Shown here piece by piece: positions 17,386 to 26,172 of a stretch of 64,000 bases of DNA (position 1 is its first letter; each line of letters opens with the position of its first letter). The stretch is taken from positions 21,442 through 85,441 of the forward strand of contig CAZMEX010000005.1 in NCBI GenBank assembly GCA_964565415.1, written 5' to 3'. Both the position numbers and the translations under genes were made by a program. The DNA is from an uncultured Desulfobacterales bacterium. GTDB lineage: Bacteria; Desulfobacterota; Desulfobacteria; Desulfobacterales; Desulfobacteraceae. The notes under the pieces were generated by a model, which had not been told where the DNA came from, made no database searches, and saw only the letters and a list, made by a program, of their open reading frames with translations.

Positions 17386-18624
17386 ATGAAACCTGTAAAA
17401 ATTATTGGTATGGGACAAGCTTTACACGATATTACACCGGAACAAATGAAGATAATTAAAGATGCTGATTTACTGATCGGAGGCACAAAGCTGCTTGTAA
17501 ATTTTGATAATCTTAATGTACAAAAGATAGAAATTAAGAATAATTTGGCCTTAATTGTTAAAACAATTCAAGCTAAGATAGATTCAAACAAAATTGTGGT
17601 GCTGGCATCGGGAGACCCCCTCTTTTTCGGTATCGGGACATATCTTATAAAAAAAATCGGTAAAGAAAATGTTAGGATTTATCCAAATATTTCATCTGCT
17701 GCCAAAGCTTTTTCTAAAATAAATGAGTCATGGCATGATGCTAAACTTATCAGCCTCCATGGAAAAAGGTCAAAAAAATTTGATAACCTTACGGACCTTT
17801 TTGCAGATAAAACTAAGTTTGGGATATTAACTGATAAGAAAAAAGATCCTGTGTGGATTGCAAAAAAAATCGTTGCTAATAATATGACGGATTTTTCAAT
17901 GTGTGTATTGGAGGAGCTCGACACTAACAATGAAAAAATCCGATGGTTCCATGACCTTTCAAAAGTTGCAGAAAATCAATTTGCCCATCCAAATATTGTA
18001 ATTTTAAAAAGAGACCACTCTTCCACTGATTCCGCCAAAAACAGACAAATTTTCCCGGGAATGGCAGATGGATATTTCCTCCATGAAAAGGGACTTATTA
18101 CTAAAGCTGAAATTAGAAGTATTGCTATATCTAAGCTTAATTTTGTCAATGAAGATCATCTGTTCTGGGACCTTGGTTCAGGCTCCGGTTCCATTTCCAT
18201 AGAGGTTTCATCTATTCTCACCAAAGGTAAGATTTATGCAGTTGAAAAGAATCTTGATAGAATAAGTTTGATTAAAAAAAACATTCTCAAGTATAATGTT
18301 AAAAACATTAATGTGATCCATGCAAACCTCCCGGACAATTTTGATAAATTGCCTGTTCCAGATCGAATATTTATTGGAGGCGGGGGCAAAGACCTTGCTG
18401 AGATTACAGAGTGTGCTGTAGATAAACTTGCCTTAAACGGTGTTATTGTTGTAAACACAATTTTAATTCAAAACCTTGAGCCTGTTTTTAAAATACTGAA
18501 AAAGCAAAGGTTAAACCCCCAGGCAATTTCAGTACAAATCTCAAAATCTAAAGACATGCCCTTTGGCACAAGATTTGAAGCACTAAACCCTGTATGGATT
18601 ATTTATGGAAAAAAGGAATACTAA
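17386..18624 (+). CDS. cbiET: Fused CbiE-CbiT cobalt-precorrin-6B/7 methyltransferase-decarboxylase (CobL-type)
   Basis: N-terminal tetrapyrrole methylase domain (IGMGQ..., ASGDPLFFG). C-terminal class I SAM methyltransferase domain (WDLGSGSGSISIE). Confidence 0.85.
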   Translation: MKPVKIIGMGQALHDITPEQMKIIKDADLLIGGTKLLVNFDNLNVQKIEIKNNLALIVKTIQAKIDSNKIVVLASGDPLFFGIGTYLIKKIGKENVRIYPNISSAAKAFSKINESWHDAKLISLHGKRSKKFDNLTDLFADKTKFGILTDKKKDPVWIAKKIVANNMTDFSMCVLEELDTNNEKIRWFHDLSKVAENQFAHPNIVILKRDHSSTDSAKNRQIFPGMADGYFLHEKGLITKAEIRSIAISKLNFVNEDHLFWDLGSGSGSISIEVSSILTKGKIYAVEKNLDRISLIKKNILKYNVKNINVIHANLPDNFDKLPVPDRIFIGGGGKDLAEITECAVDKLALNGVIVVNTILIQNLEPVFKILKKQRLNPQAISVQISKSKDMPFGTRFEALNPVWIIYGKKEY

Positions 18625-18627
18625 CAA

Positions 18628-19410
18628 ATGCAAAGCAAATTTTATCCGGTATTATTTGTAGGTGCGGGTCCTGGGGACCCTGATCTCATAACTGTTAAAG
18701 GAATGAATGCACTAAAAGAGGCAGATATAATTATCTATGCCGGCTCTCTTGTTCCAAAAGAACTTCTTTCATGGGCAAAACCTGAAACCAAAACAATAAA
18801 TAGTGCTTCAATGCACTTAAATGAAATTATTGAAGAGATCAAATCTTCCTATTTTGCCCAAAAAAAAGTTGTAAGGCTTCATACTGGAGACCCTTCCCTT
18901 TACGGAGCAATTTTAGAGCAGTTTAGAGAGTTAAATAGAGACTCTATTAAATTTAAAACAATTCCCGGAGTTACTGCAGCGTTTGCTGCAGCTGCATCCA
19001 TGAATATGGAGTATACCCTGCCTGAAGTTACCCAGACATTAATCTTAACCAGAATCTCTGGCAGGACATCTGTCCCTGATTTAGAGGACTTAAACCTATT
19101 GTGCTCCCATAAAAGTTCCATTGTTATCTATTTGAGTATCAAGCATATTGAAAAAGTTGAAGAAATTGTGTGTAAGTCCTTTGGCGAAAAGAGCTTATGT
19201 GCAATAGCATATAAAGTTGGTTTTAAAGAGGAAAAAATTATATATTGTGAGGCAAACAATCTTACTGAGTCAGTAAAAAAAGAAAAAATTGCCAGCCAGG
19301 CAATAATCATTGCAGGCAAAGCAGTAGAGGCAAGTATGGCAGACAAAGATATACTCAAGTCAAAACTTTATGATATAAATTTCAGCCATGAATACAGAGA
19401 GAATAGATAA
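18628..19410 (+). CDS. cbiF: Cobalt-precorrin-4 C11-methyltransferase
   Basis: FVGAGPGDPDLITVKG, RLHTGDPSLYGA and IPGVTAAFAAAA motifs. Confidence 0.9.
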   Translation: MQSKFYPVLFVGAGPGDPDLITVKGMNALKEADIIIYAGSLVPKELLSWAKPETKTINSASMHLNEIIEEIKSSYFAQKKVVRLHTGDPSLYGAILEQFRELNRDSIKFKTIPGVTAAFAAAASMNMEYTLPEVTQTLILTRISGRTSVPDLEDLNLLCSHKSSIVIYLSIKHIEKVEEIVCKSFGEKSLCAIAYKVGFKEEKIIYCEANNLTESVKKEKIASQAIIIAGKAVEASMADKDILKSKLYDINFSHEYRENR

Positions 19411-20458
19411 AAGAGTAGCAATCTGGACAATCACCAAATCAGGTTACAAACATGGTGTTAACCTTGCCAGAAACATTGATGATTCAATACTTTTTATTTC
19501 CAAAAACCTTTCTGGAAAATTAAATGGCCTAGAAAAACTGCACAGCAGCTTTTCTAAAAACCCTTTGGTTTTTTCAAAATTATCAAACCATGTAAAAAGT
19601 GTTTTTAATGATTTTGATGGTCATATTTTTGTGTTTTCCACAGGTATTGCAGTCAGGACAATAGCACCACTTATTAAATCTAAGATTGAAGATCCTGCTG
19701 TTGTAGTGCTTGATGATAAAGCTATCCATGCCATCAGTTTGTTGTCAGGACACATTGGCGGAGCAAATGAACTTACAAAAAAAGTTTGCTCCATTACACA
19801 AGCAAACCCTGTGATTACAACTGCGACTGATATTCATAATAAGCCTGCCATTGACATCCTGGCAATTGAAAATAATATGTACATTGCAAATCCTGGCATG
19901 ATAAAAAAAATAAACATGGCAATTCTTGAGAATAAAAACATTAAAATCCATGATCCCAATAATATTCTGGCCCCTAAATTGCCCAACAGCATAAGCACCA
20001 GAGAAAACCCTGATATAATATGTACTGACAAAACAGTTGATGTTCCACGTGGAACTCTTCTATTGAATCCACCATCTCTAATTGTTGGCATGGGATGCAA
20101 CAGAGGAACATCCCTGGAGGAGATTGAAAAATTTCTGATTTCAACCTTAGATAAGAACAACTTAACCATTAAAAGTATCTGGGCATTTGCCTCAATAGAT
20201 GCAAAAGCTGATGAAGCAGGTTTTCTTAAACTATCAAAGAAACTTGGTATTCGGTTTCTCTTTATTGACAAACAGAGGCTTGCATCAACAAACAATATTA
20301 AGAATCCATCAAAAATAGTTGAAAAATATATGGGAGTAAAAAGCGTATGCGAAGCAGCAGCACTAACAGCGGGAAACCAGGCAAAACTGATAGTTCAAAA
20401 ACAGATAAGCGGCAACGTAACAATTGCCATTGCAAGACAGAACCTGTCCTCTATGTAG
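19388..20458 (+). CDS. cbiG: Cobalt-precorrin-5A hydrolase
   Basis: CbiG N, middle and C domain pattern (VAIWTITKSG..., IVGMGCNRGTS..., VCEAAAL). 356 aa. Confidence 0.85.
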   Translation: MNTERIDKRVAIWTITKSGYKHGVNLARNIDDSILFISKNLSGKLNGLEKLHSSFSKNPLVFSKLSNHVKSVFNDFDGHIFVFSTGIAVRTIAPLIKSKIEDPAVVVLDDKAIHAISLLSGHIGGANELTKKVCSITQANPVITTATDIHNKPAIDILAIENNMYIANPGMIKKINMAILENKNIKIHDPNNILAPKLPNSISTRENPDIICTDKTVDVPRGTLLLNPPSLIVGMGCNRGTSLEEIEKFLISTLDKNNLTIKSIWAFASIDAKADEAGFLKLSKKLGIRFLFIDKQRLASTNNIKNPSKIVEKYMGVKSVCEAAALTAGNQAKLIVQKQISGNVTIAIARQNLSSM

Positions 20459-21291
20459 TTGGAACAGGACCTGGTGACCCTGAGTATATGGCACAACGTG
20501 CCCTGGATATAATAGAAAAGGTAGATACCATTGCCGGGTATTCAACTTACATTGAATTAATTAAAAATATTGTTAAAGGCAAAAAGGTCATTTCAACAAC
20601 AATGACTAAAGAGGTACAAAGGGTTGAGCTTGCAATAAATGAAGTTTTAAATAAAAAATCTTGTGCTCTTATTTCCGGAGGAGATTCTGGAATCTATGCC
20701 ATGGCAGGGCTTGTTTTTGAAATCTGCAAAAAACAAAATATCAAACTTTTCCGCGCAAACAATTGCAAGGCATCGAATTCAAACCAGACAGAGGGTTCAG
20801 ATGGAATAGAAGGCTCAGATGTAATGGAAAAAAGGGGAGGGAAACAAAACCAACTGGTCCTTGAAATTATTCCCGGAATACCTGCCCTTGCAGCCGGGGC
20901 AGCACTTGCAGGTGCACCCTTAACCCATGACTTTGCAACAATCAGCTTAAGCGATCTTTTAACAAAATGGGAAATAATCGAAAAGCGTCTGGAACTTGCA
21001 GCTCAAGCTGACTTTGCAATTGTAATATATAACCCTAAAAGTAAAAAAAGAGACTGGCAACTTACAAGGGCAAAGGAGTTGATTGTCCGACACCGGGACA
21101 AACAAACCCCTGTTGCCATAGTAACCGGAGCCATGAGAGAGAACCAAAACATAATAATTACCGATCTTGACAAAATGGACAAAGAAGATGTGGGAATGCA
21201 GTCAATATTATTTGTAGGATCAACTGCATCGGTTCAATATCTTGACTTTATTTTCACACCCAGGGGCTATGGGAACAAATACAATCTATAG
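20347..21291 (+). CDS. cbiH: Cobalt-factor III / precorrin-3B C17-methyltransferase (start uncertain)
   Basis: YVVGTGPGDP, SGGDSGIYAMAG, HDFATISLSDLLT and FTPRGY motifs. The only canonical start upstream of the GPG motif is the ATG at 20347, which overlaps cbiG by 112 nt. Confidence 0.85.
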   Translation: MRSSSTNSGKPGKTDSSKTDKRQRNNCHCKTEPVLYVVGTGPGDPEYMAQRALDIIEKVDTIAGYSTYIELIKNIVKGKKVISTTMTKEVQRVELAINEVLNKKSCALISGGDSGIYAMAGLVFEICKKQNIKLFRANNCKASNSNQTEGSDGIEGSDVMEKRGGKQNQLVLEIIPGIPALAAGAALAGAPLTHDFATISLSDLLTKWEIIEKRLELAAQADFAIVIYNPKSKKRDWQLTRAKELIVRHRDKQTPVAIVTGAMRENQNIIITDLDKMDKEDVGMQSILFVGSTASVQYLDFIFTPRGYGNKYNL

Positions 21292-21315
21292 AGATTAATA
21301 AGTTAACAAGAGAAG

Positions 21316-21849
21316 ATGATGAAAAAAGGATATGTTCAAATCTATACAGGTAATGGTAAGGGGAAGACAACTTGCGCACTTGGACTTGTCTTAAGAGCTC
21401 TGGGAGCTGGATTAAAAATATTTATTGGACAGTTTTTAAAACAAGGGGATTATTCAGAAATTAAAGCTCTGGAAAAATACTCTAAAATTTACAAAGATCA
21501 AATTACCGTTGAACAGTATGGGTCCGGAAGGTTTGTAAAGGGAAAACCCACTGAAGATGAAAAAAAAGAGGGGCAAAAAGGATTAAAAAAAATCCTTGGA
21601 ATTTTAAAAAAAGGAGAACATGATCTTGTTATTGCAGAAGAAGGCAATGTGGCAATGATGTGCAATATAATAAGTGAGGATGATCTGCTGGATTTAATGA
21701 ATCAGAAACAGGATCATGTTGAACTTGTTATCACAGGACGGGGTGCCACAGATAATTTGATTGCAAGAGCAGACCTTGTAACTGAAATGAAAGAGATAAA
21801 ACACTACTTCAGCAAGGGAGTAACAGCACGCAAAGGAATAGAAAAATGA
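21316..21849 (+). CDS. cobO: Cob(I)yrinic acid a,c-diamide adenosyltransferase
   Basis: GYVQIYTGNGKGKTTCALG P-loop and ITGRGA motif. 177 aa. Confidence 0.9.
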   Translation: MMKKGYVQIYTGNGKGKTTCALGLVLRALGAGLKIFIGQFLKQGDYSEIKALEKYSKIYKDQITVEQYGSGRFVKGKPTEDEKKEGQKGLKKILGILKKGEHDLVIAEEGNVAMMCNIISEDDLLDLMNQKQDHVELVITGRGATDNLIARADLVTEMKEIKHYFSKGVTARKGIEK

Positions 21850-23297
21850 AGGGTTCTAAAAACATTGCATTTTTAGGAACCGGGTCTGATGTTGGAAAAA
21901 GCGTGATTGCAGCCGCTTTCTGCAGGTCATTAGTTGATAAAGGGATTATGGTTGCGCCCTTTAAAGCTCAAAACATGTCAAACAATTCCGGCATCACTCC
22001 TGAAGGTCTTGAAATGGGCAGGGCACAAATCGTACAGGCTGAGGCGTGCAAGATTGCACCCCATGTTGATATGAATCCTATTCTTCTTAAGCCCACCGGT
22101 GAAAAAGGGTCCCAGGTTATTTTAAACGGATTAGTCCATGACAATCAATCTGCAATGGATTATCACAAAACAAAAGACTTTTACTTTAAACAGGCGTGTC
22201 AAGCATTTAAAAGGCTGAAAAGGCAGCATGAATATATAGTTTTAGAGGGTGCAGGTTCATGTGCTGAGGTCAATCTTATGCATTCAGATATTGTAAACTT
22301 CAGAATGGCTGAATATGCAAAGGCAGATGTTATCTTAATTGCTGACATCCACAGGGGCGGAGTATTTGCCCAGATAATAGGCACCCTGCAATGTCTGCCT
22401 GAAAAATACAAAAATATGGTTAAAGGATTTATAATAAACCGATTTCGCGGGGACCCTGAACTTTTTATGGATGGGGTTAAGTGGATAGAAAAAGAAACCA
22501 GAAAAAAAGTGTTTGGAATAATGCCATGGTACTTTCACTTTAGAATTGATGCAGAAGACTCTGTTGAAATTGAAAACACAATAAAAATATCAGAGCTTGA
22601 TAAAAACAAGCCTGTAATTGGAGTCATAAAACTGCCCCATATTTCAAACTTCACTGACATACACTCCCTTTGTGAAATAGACGAGATACAAACAGCATTT
22701 ATAGATTCTCCAAGAGATCTCTCTTTTTGCAAAGCTATAATTATTCCTGGCTCTAAAAACACAAGATCTGATATGGAGTGGCTTACAAAAACAGGGTTTG
22801 CAAATTTAATTAAAGCCTACGCAGATGCCAGGGGAGATATCCTTGGAATTTGCGGCGGATATCAAATTTTAGGTAAAAGCATTAATGACCCTAATGGTCA
22901 TGAGGGTAAACCAGGCAGCACAAAGGGACTTGGACTTTTGGATGTAGAAACAACAATAATTTATCCAAAAGTTACAACCACTACGGTCTTTTCCTGGGGG
23001 CAAGTTTCTGGCAAAGGCTATGAAATTCATATGGGGAAGACTGCTTTAAGTTCTGGAAACCACCTTTTGCAAATCAATTCCAGAAATAATAAAAAAACAG
23101 AGGGGCAAGATGGTTGTATCTCAAGGGACAAAAAAATTATTGGGACTTATATTCATGGCTTTTTTGATTCAAAAGCAATTTTAGTAAAGTGGCTTGGCAG
23201 ATTAAACATCAATTCCACGGCATCTGAAAAAACAGAAAACTATCAACTTTTAAAGGAACACTTTGAGAAACATGTGGATGTAAATGAAATTATTTAG
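21846..23297 (+). CDS. cobQ: Cobyric acid synthase
   Basis: N-terminal CobQ/CbiP ATPase domain (FLGTGSDVGKS, PFKAQNMSNN). C-terminal GATase domain (ICGGYQILG, YIHG). Confidence 0.9.
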   Translation: MKGSKNIAFLGTGSDVGKSVIAAAFCRSLVDKGIMVAPFKAQNMSNNSGITPEGLEMGRAQIVQAEACKIAPHVDMNPILLKPTGEKGSQVILNGLVHDNQSAMDYHKTKDFYFKQACQAFKRLKRQHEYIVLEGAGSCAEVNLMHSDIVNFRMAEYAKADVILIADIHRGGVFAQIIGTLQCLPEKYKNMVKGFIINRFRGDPELFMDGVKWIEKETRKKVFGIMPWYFHFRIDAEDSVEIENTIKISELDKNKPVIGVIKLPHISNFTDIHSLCEIDEIQTAFIDSPRDLSFCKAIIIPGSKNTRSDMEWLTKTGFANLIKAYADARGDILGICGGYQILGKSINDPNGHEGKPGSTKGLGLLDVETTIIYPKVTTTTVFSWGQVSGKGYEIHMGKTALSSGNHLLQINSRNNKKTEGQDGCISRDKKIIGTYIHGFFDSKAILVKWLGRLNINSTASEKTENYQLLKEHFEKHVDVNEII

Positions 23298-23347
23298 CGG
23301 GATTTTTCCAAGTCAACTACTATTTTATCGATATAATGCTCTGTTTT

Positions 23348-24424
23348 CTATCTTGTAATGTTTGAAAGCTGGTTTAATATTTTAGTCATCCTGTCTATAC
23401 TCTCTTTAATAATGGTAACAAACTCAAAATTTTTATCTTCCCTGCTCATTTCAAGAAATATAAGTTCAACAGAACCAAAGATTGTCTGCATTGGCTGGTG
23501 GAGTTCATGGCAGATAGCATCAACAGTTTCAATTGCTGTTTCCAATTGATGGTTCTTTTTTCTTTCGGTAACATCACTTACAAAAGCAAAGGCCCCGGAA
23601 ATTTCATTATTATTATCATAGGTCAATGCAGCATCAAAAAGAGCATAAAGTTGTTCACCTTTTTTAGTTTTTAAAACAATACCAAAATTTTTTGATTGTG
23701 TATCCCCTGGATCAGTTAATATTGCCTTAAAGGTTTTTCCTTCTTTCTCCTCTGTAAAATCAACTACTGATTTTCCAATGATCTGTTCGGAAGTGACCCC
23801 AAGCATTTCACAAAGTGCGTGATTAACTGCAATTGTGACTTCGTTTTTATCTACTTGCCAAAACCCTGAGGAGGTTGTTTTGATAAGTTGAGAATATTTT
23901 TCTCTACTTTGGGCAAGCAGCTGCTCAGTTCTCTGTTTTTCATTCAGAACAAAAGAGTGCTCCAATGCTCGTTCAATGGAGTGAAGCAGGGTTGACATAT
24001 CTCTGATGGGTTTAACAATATAGTCCCATGCACCAATCTTCATTGTTTCAATGGCATCCTGAATTCCGCTTACTCCGGAAATTACAATAAGAGGTATTTG
24101 AGGGGAGTCTTTATGTATATGAGTAATAACATCATAACCATCCATTTGAGGCATTCGAAGATCCAAAAGCACTATGTCAATGTTTTCTTTTTCAAATATA
24201 TTTATCCCCTGTTTTCCATCACAGGCAGTGAATATAATAAAGTCAGAATCTTCAAGAAAGCTTGCAAGGCTGCTTCGAACAGAATCATCATCATCAATAA
24301 TTAAAACTGAAACAGGCTGTTTTTCTTTATTATCCACAGCTGAAACAGCTTCAAACCTGCCAGGCAATTGCTTTTCTAATTGACGAATTTTACTTTCAAG
24401 CTCTTCGTAACTCGGCTTGTTCAT
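23348..24424 (-). CDS. Response-regulator receiver + PAS + HisKA(DHp)-like domain protein lacking an ATPase domain
   Basis: REC domain: VLIIDDD...VLLDLRMPQMDG...LIVISG. A central PAS-like segment. C-terminal H-box AICHELHQPMQTIFG. The ORF ends about 55 aa later with no HATPase_c. Confidence 0.75.
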   Translation of the reverse strand: MNKPSYEELESKIRQLEKQLPGRFEAVSAVDNKEKQPVSVLIIDDDDSVRSSLASFLEDSDFIIFTACDGKQGINIFEKENIDIVLLDLRMPQMDGYDVITHIHKDSPQIPLIVISGVSGIQDAIETMKIGAWDYIVKPIRDMSTLLHSIERALEHSFVLNEKQRTEQLLAQSREKYSQLIKTTSSGFWQVDKNEVTIAVNHALCEMLGVTSEQIIGKSVVDFTEEKEGKTFKAILTDPGDTQSKNFGIVLKTKKGEQLYALFDAALTYDNNNEISGAFAFVSDVTERKKNHQLETAIETVDAICHELHQPMQTIFGSVELIFLEMSREDKNFEFVTIIKESIDRMTKILNQLSNITR

Positions 24425-24543
24425 ACTTGCCCTCTTGAATATTGATAATGAAAGAACAAAATATTGGAGCTTTTATTATCTTACAATTATAGGATGATTG
24501 CTATTTTTTTGTCAAGAAAATTTAAACAATTTCACCTTCCACA

Positions 24544-25824
24544 TTACCTTTTATCAATGGGCATATATTGCAACAATGGTTCACCGGTAAATACCTGACG
24601 GGGGCGGCTGATTTTCATCTCAGGATCAGAAAAGTCTTCCTGCCAATGGGCAATCCAGCCGGGAAGTCGTCCAATGGCAAACATTACTGTAAACATATTG
24701 GTGGGAATCCCCATTGCCCTTAAAACAATACCTGAATAAAAATCCACGTTGGGGTATAAATTTTTATCCTGAAAATATGGATCAGCCAATGCCTCTTTCT
24801 CAAGTTCCATGGCAATCCAAAGCAGAGGATCATTTGTTTTTGTTTTTTTTAAAATTTTGTCACAAATCTGTTTCATTATTTTGGCTCTTGGGTCATAGGT
24901 TTTATAAACTCTGTGACCAAACCCCATAAGCTTAAAAGGGTCATTAACATCTTTTGCCTTTTTAATTACATCGGCAATTTTAAGACCTGTTGTATGAATT
25001 TCATCCAGCATGTGGATAACTGCCTGATTGGCACCACCATGCAAAGGACCCCACAGCGCAGCAATTCCCGATGATATGGCAGCATAAATATTTACTTTGC
25101 CGCTTCCCACAACCCGCACAGCAGTTGTTGAACAATTTTGCTCATGGTCAGCATGCAAAATCCAGAACACATTCAAAGCCTCGGCAATATCTTTATCAAT
25201 ATGATATGGGACCACCGGGTTATCAAACATCATGTGAAGAAAATTTTCACAATAGGAGTAGTTTGGATTGGGATAAACAGGGTTTTGACCAATGGAGACC
25301 TTATATGCCATGGCAGCCATTGTTCTAACCTTTGAAACAAGGCGTAAAAAAGTTTTTTGAAGATCTTCTCTGCTGTCCACAAGTCCTGGATGAAAACTTC
25401 TCATTGCATTTACCATGGCAGATAAAATACCCATGGGATGTGCTCTGCTGGGAAAATTCTGGTAAAACATTTTCATGTTTTCATGGAGAAGTGAATGATC
25501 ATTTAAATTTACACTTGTTGCTGTAAGCTCGTCTCTGGTAGGAAGTCTGCCTCGTATCAAAAGAAAAGTTGTTTCAACAAAGGAGGAGTGTTCAGCAAGT
25601 TGTTCAATGGGTATGCCCCGGTATCTTAAAATACCTTTTTCACCATCCATAAATGTAATGGCACTTTTACAGCTGCCAGTATTTCCAAATCCCGGATCAA
25701 AAGTAATAAATCCACTCTCCTGTCTTAATTTTCTTATATCAATTGCTCTGTCACCGGCAGTACCGGTTATTACAGGTAGTTTATATTCTTTACCATCAAT
25801 GGTTAATCTGGCATACTCTTCCAT
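24544..25824 (-). CDS. gltA: Citrate synthase
   Basis: GFGHRVYKTYDPRA signature, HADHEQNCST, GPLHGGAN. I chose the start at M36 (25824, AAGGA RBS) so that it does not overlap the upstream zinc-ribbon gene. Confidence 0.9.
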   Translation of the reverse strand: MEEYARLTIDGKEYKLPVITGTAGDRAIDIRKLRQESGFITFDPGFGNTGSCKSAITFMDGEKGILRYRGIPIEQLAEHSSFVETTFLLIRGRLPTRDELTATSVNLNDHSLLHENMKMFYQNFPSRAHPMGILSAMVNAMRSFHPGLVDSREDLQKTFLRLVSKVRTMAAMAYKVSIGQNPVYPNPNYSYCENFLHMMFDNPVVPYHIDKDIAEALNVFWILHADHEQNCSTTAVRVVGSGKVNIYAAISSGIAALWGPLHGGANQAVIHMLDEIHTTGLKIADVIKKAKDVNDPFKLMGFGHRVYKTYDPRAKIMKQICDKILKKTKTNDPLLWIAMELEKEALADPYFQDKNLYPNVDFYSGIVLRAMGIPTNMFTVMFAIGRLPGWIAHWQEDFSDPEMKISRPRQVFTGEPLLQYMPIDKR

Positions 25825-25855
25825 TTTTGAATCCTTGGGCTTGTTTTGTGGTCTT

Positions 25856-26095
25856 TTATTCTCCTGGTACAGTGTAGGTGGTACATGAACCTTGTGAACA
25901 ATTTCTCTCCTGCTTTGTTGCTTTGGCACTTGAAGCAGAGCGTCCCATTACATAATTGGTTTGACTCAAAACCCTTTCAAATTCCCTGGAATCACACTTG
26001 GGGCATTTGTTATCATCACTCTCCTTTGAAGAACTGGTGGAAATTACCTCAAAAAACTCTTCACATTTACTGCATTTGAACTCATATATAGGCAT
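25856..26095 (-). CDS. FmdB-family zinc-ribbon protein
   Basis: MPIYEFKCSKCE...CPKCDS double CxxC. AGGAGG lies 6 nt upstream of the ATG at 26095. Confidence 0.75.
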   Translation of the reverse strand: MPIYEFKCSKCEEFFEVISTSSSKESDDNKCPKCDSREFERVLSQTNYVMGRSASSAKATKQERNCSQGSCTTYTVPGE

Positions 26096-26172
26096 CTTTG
26101 CCTCCTGGGAAATGATATTATTCTTATTTAAAATTTGCACAAGTCACTAATATATGTACGTTTTAGGCATTG

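Noticed and set aside
25825-25929. Longer citrate synthase start at 25929
   Set aside because: It would overlap the FmdB zinc-ribbon gene by 74 nt and add a non-conserved basic leader. M36 (25824) has an AAGGA RBS and gives the normal N-terminus.
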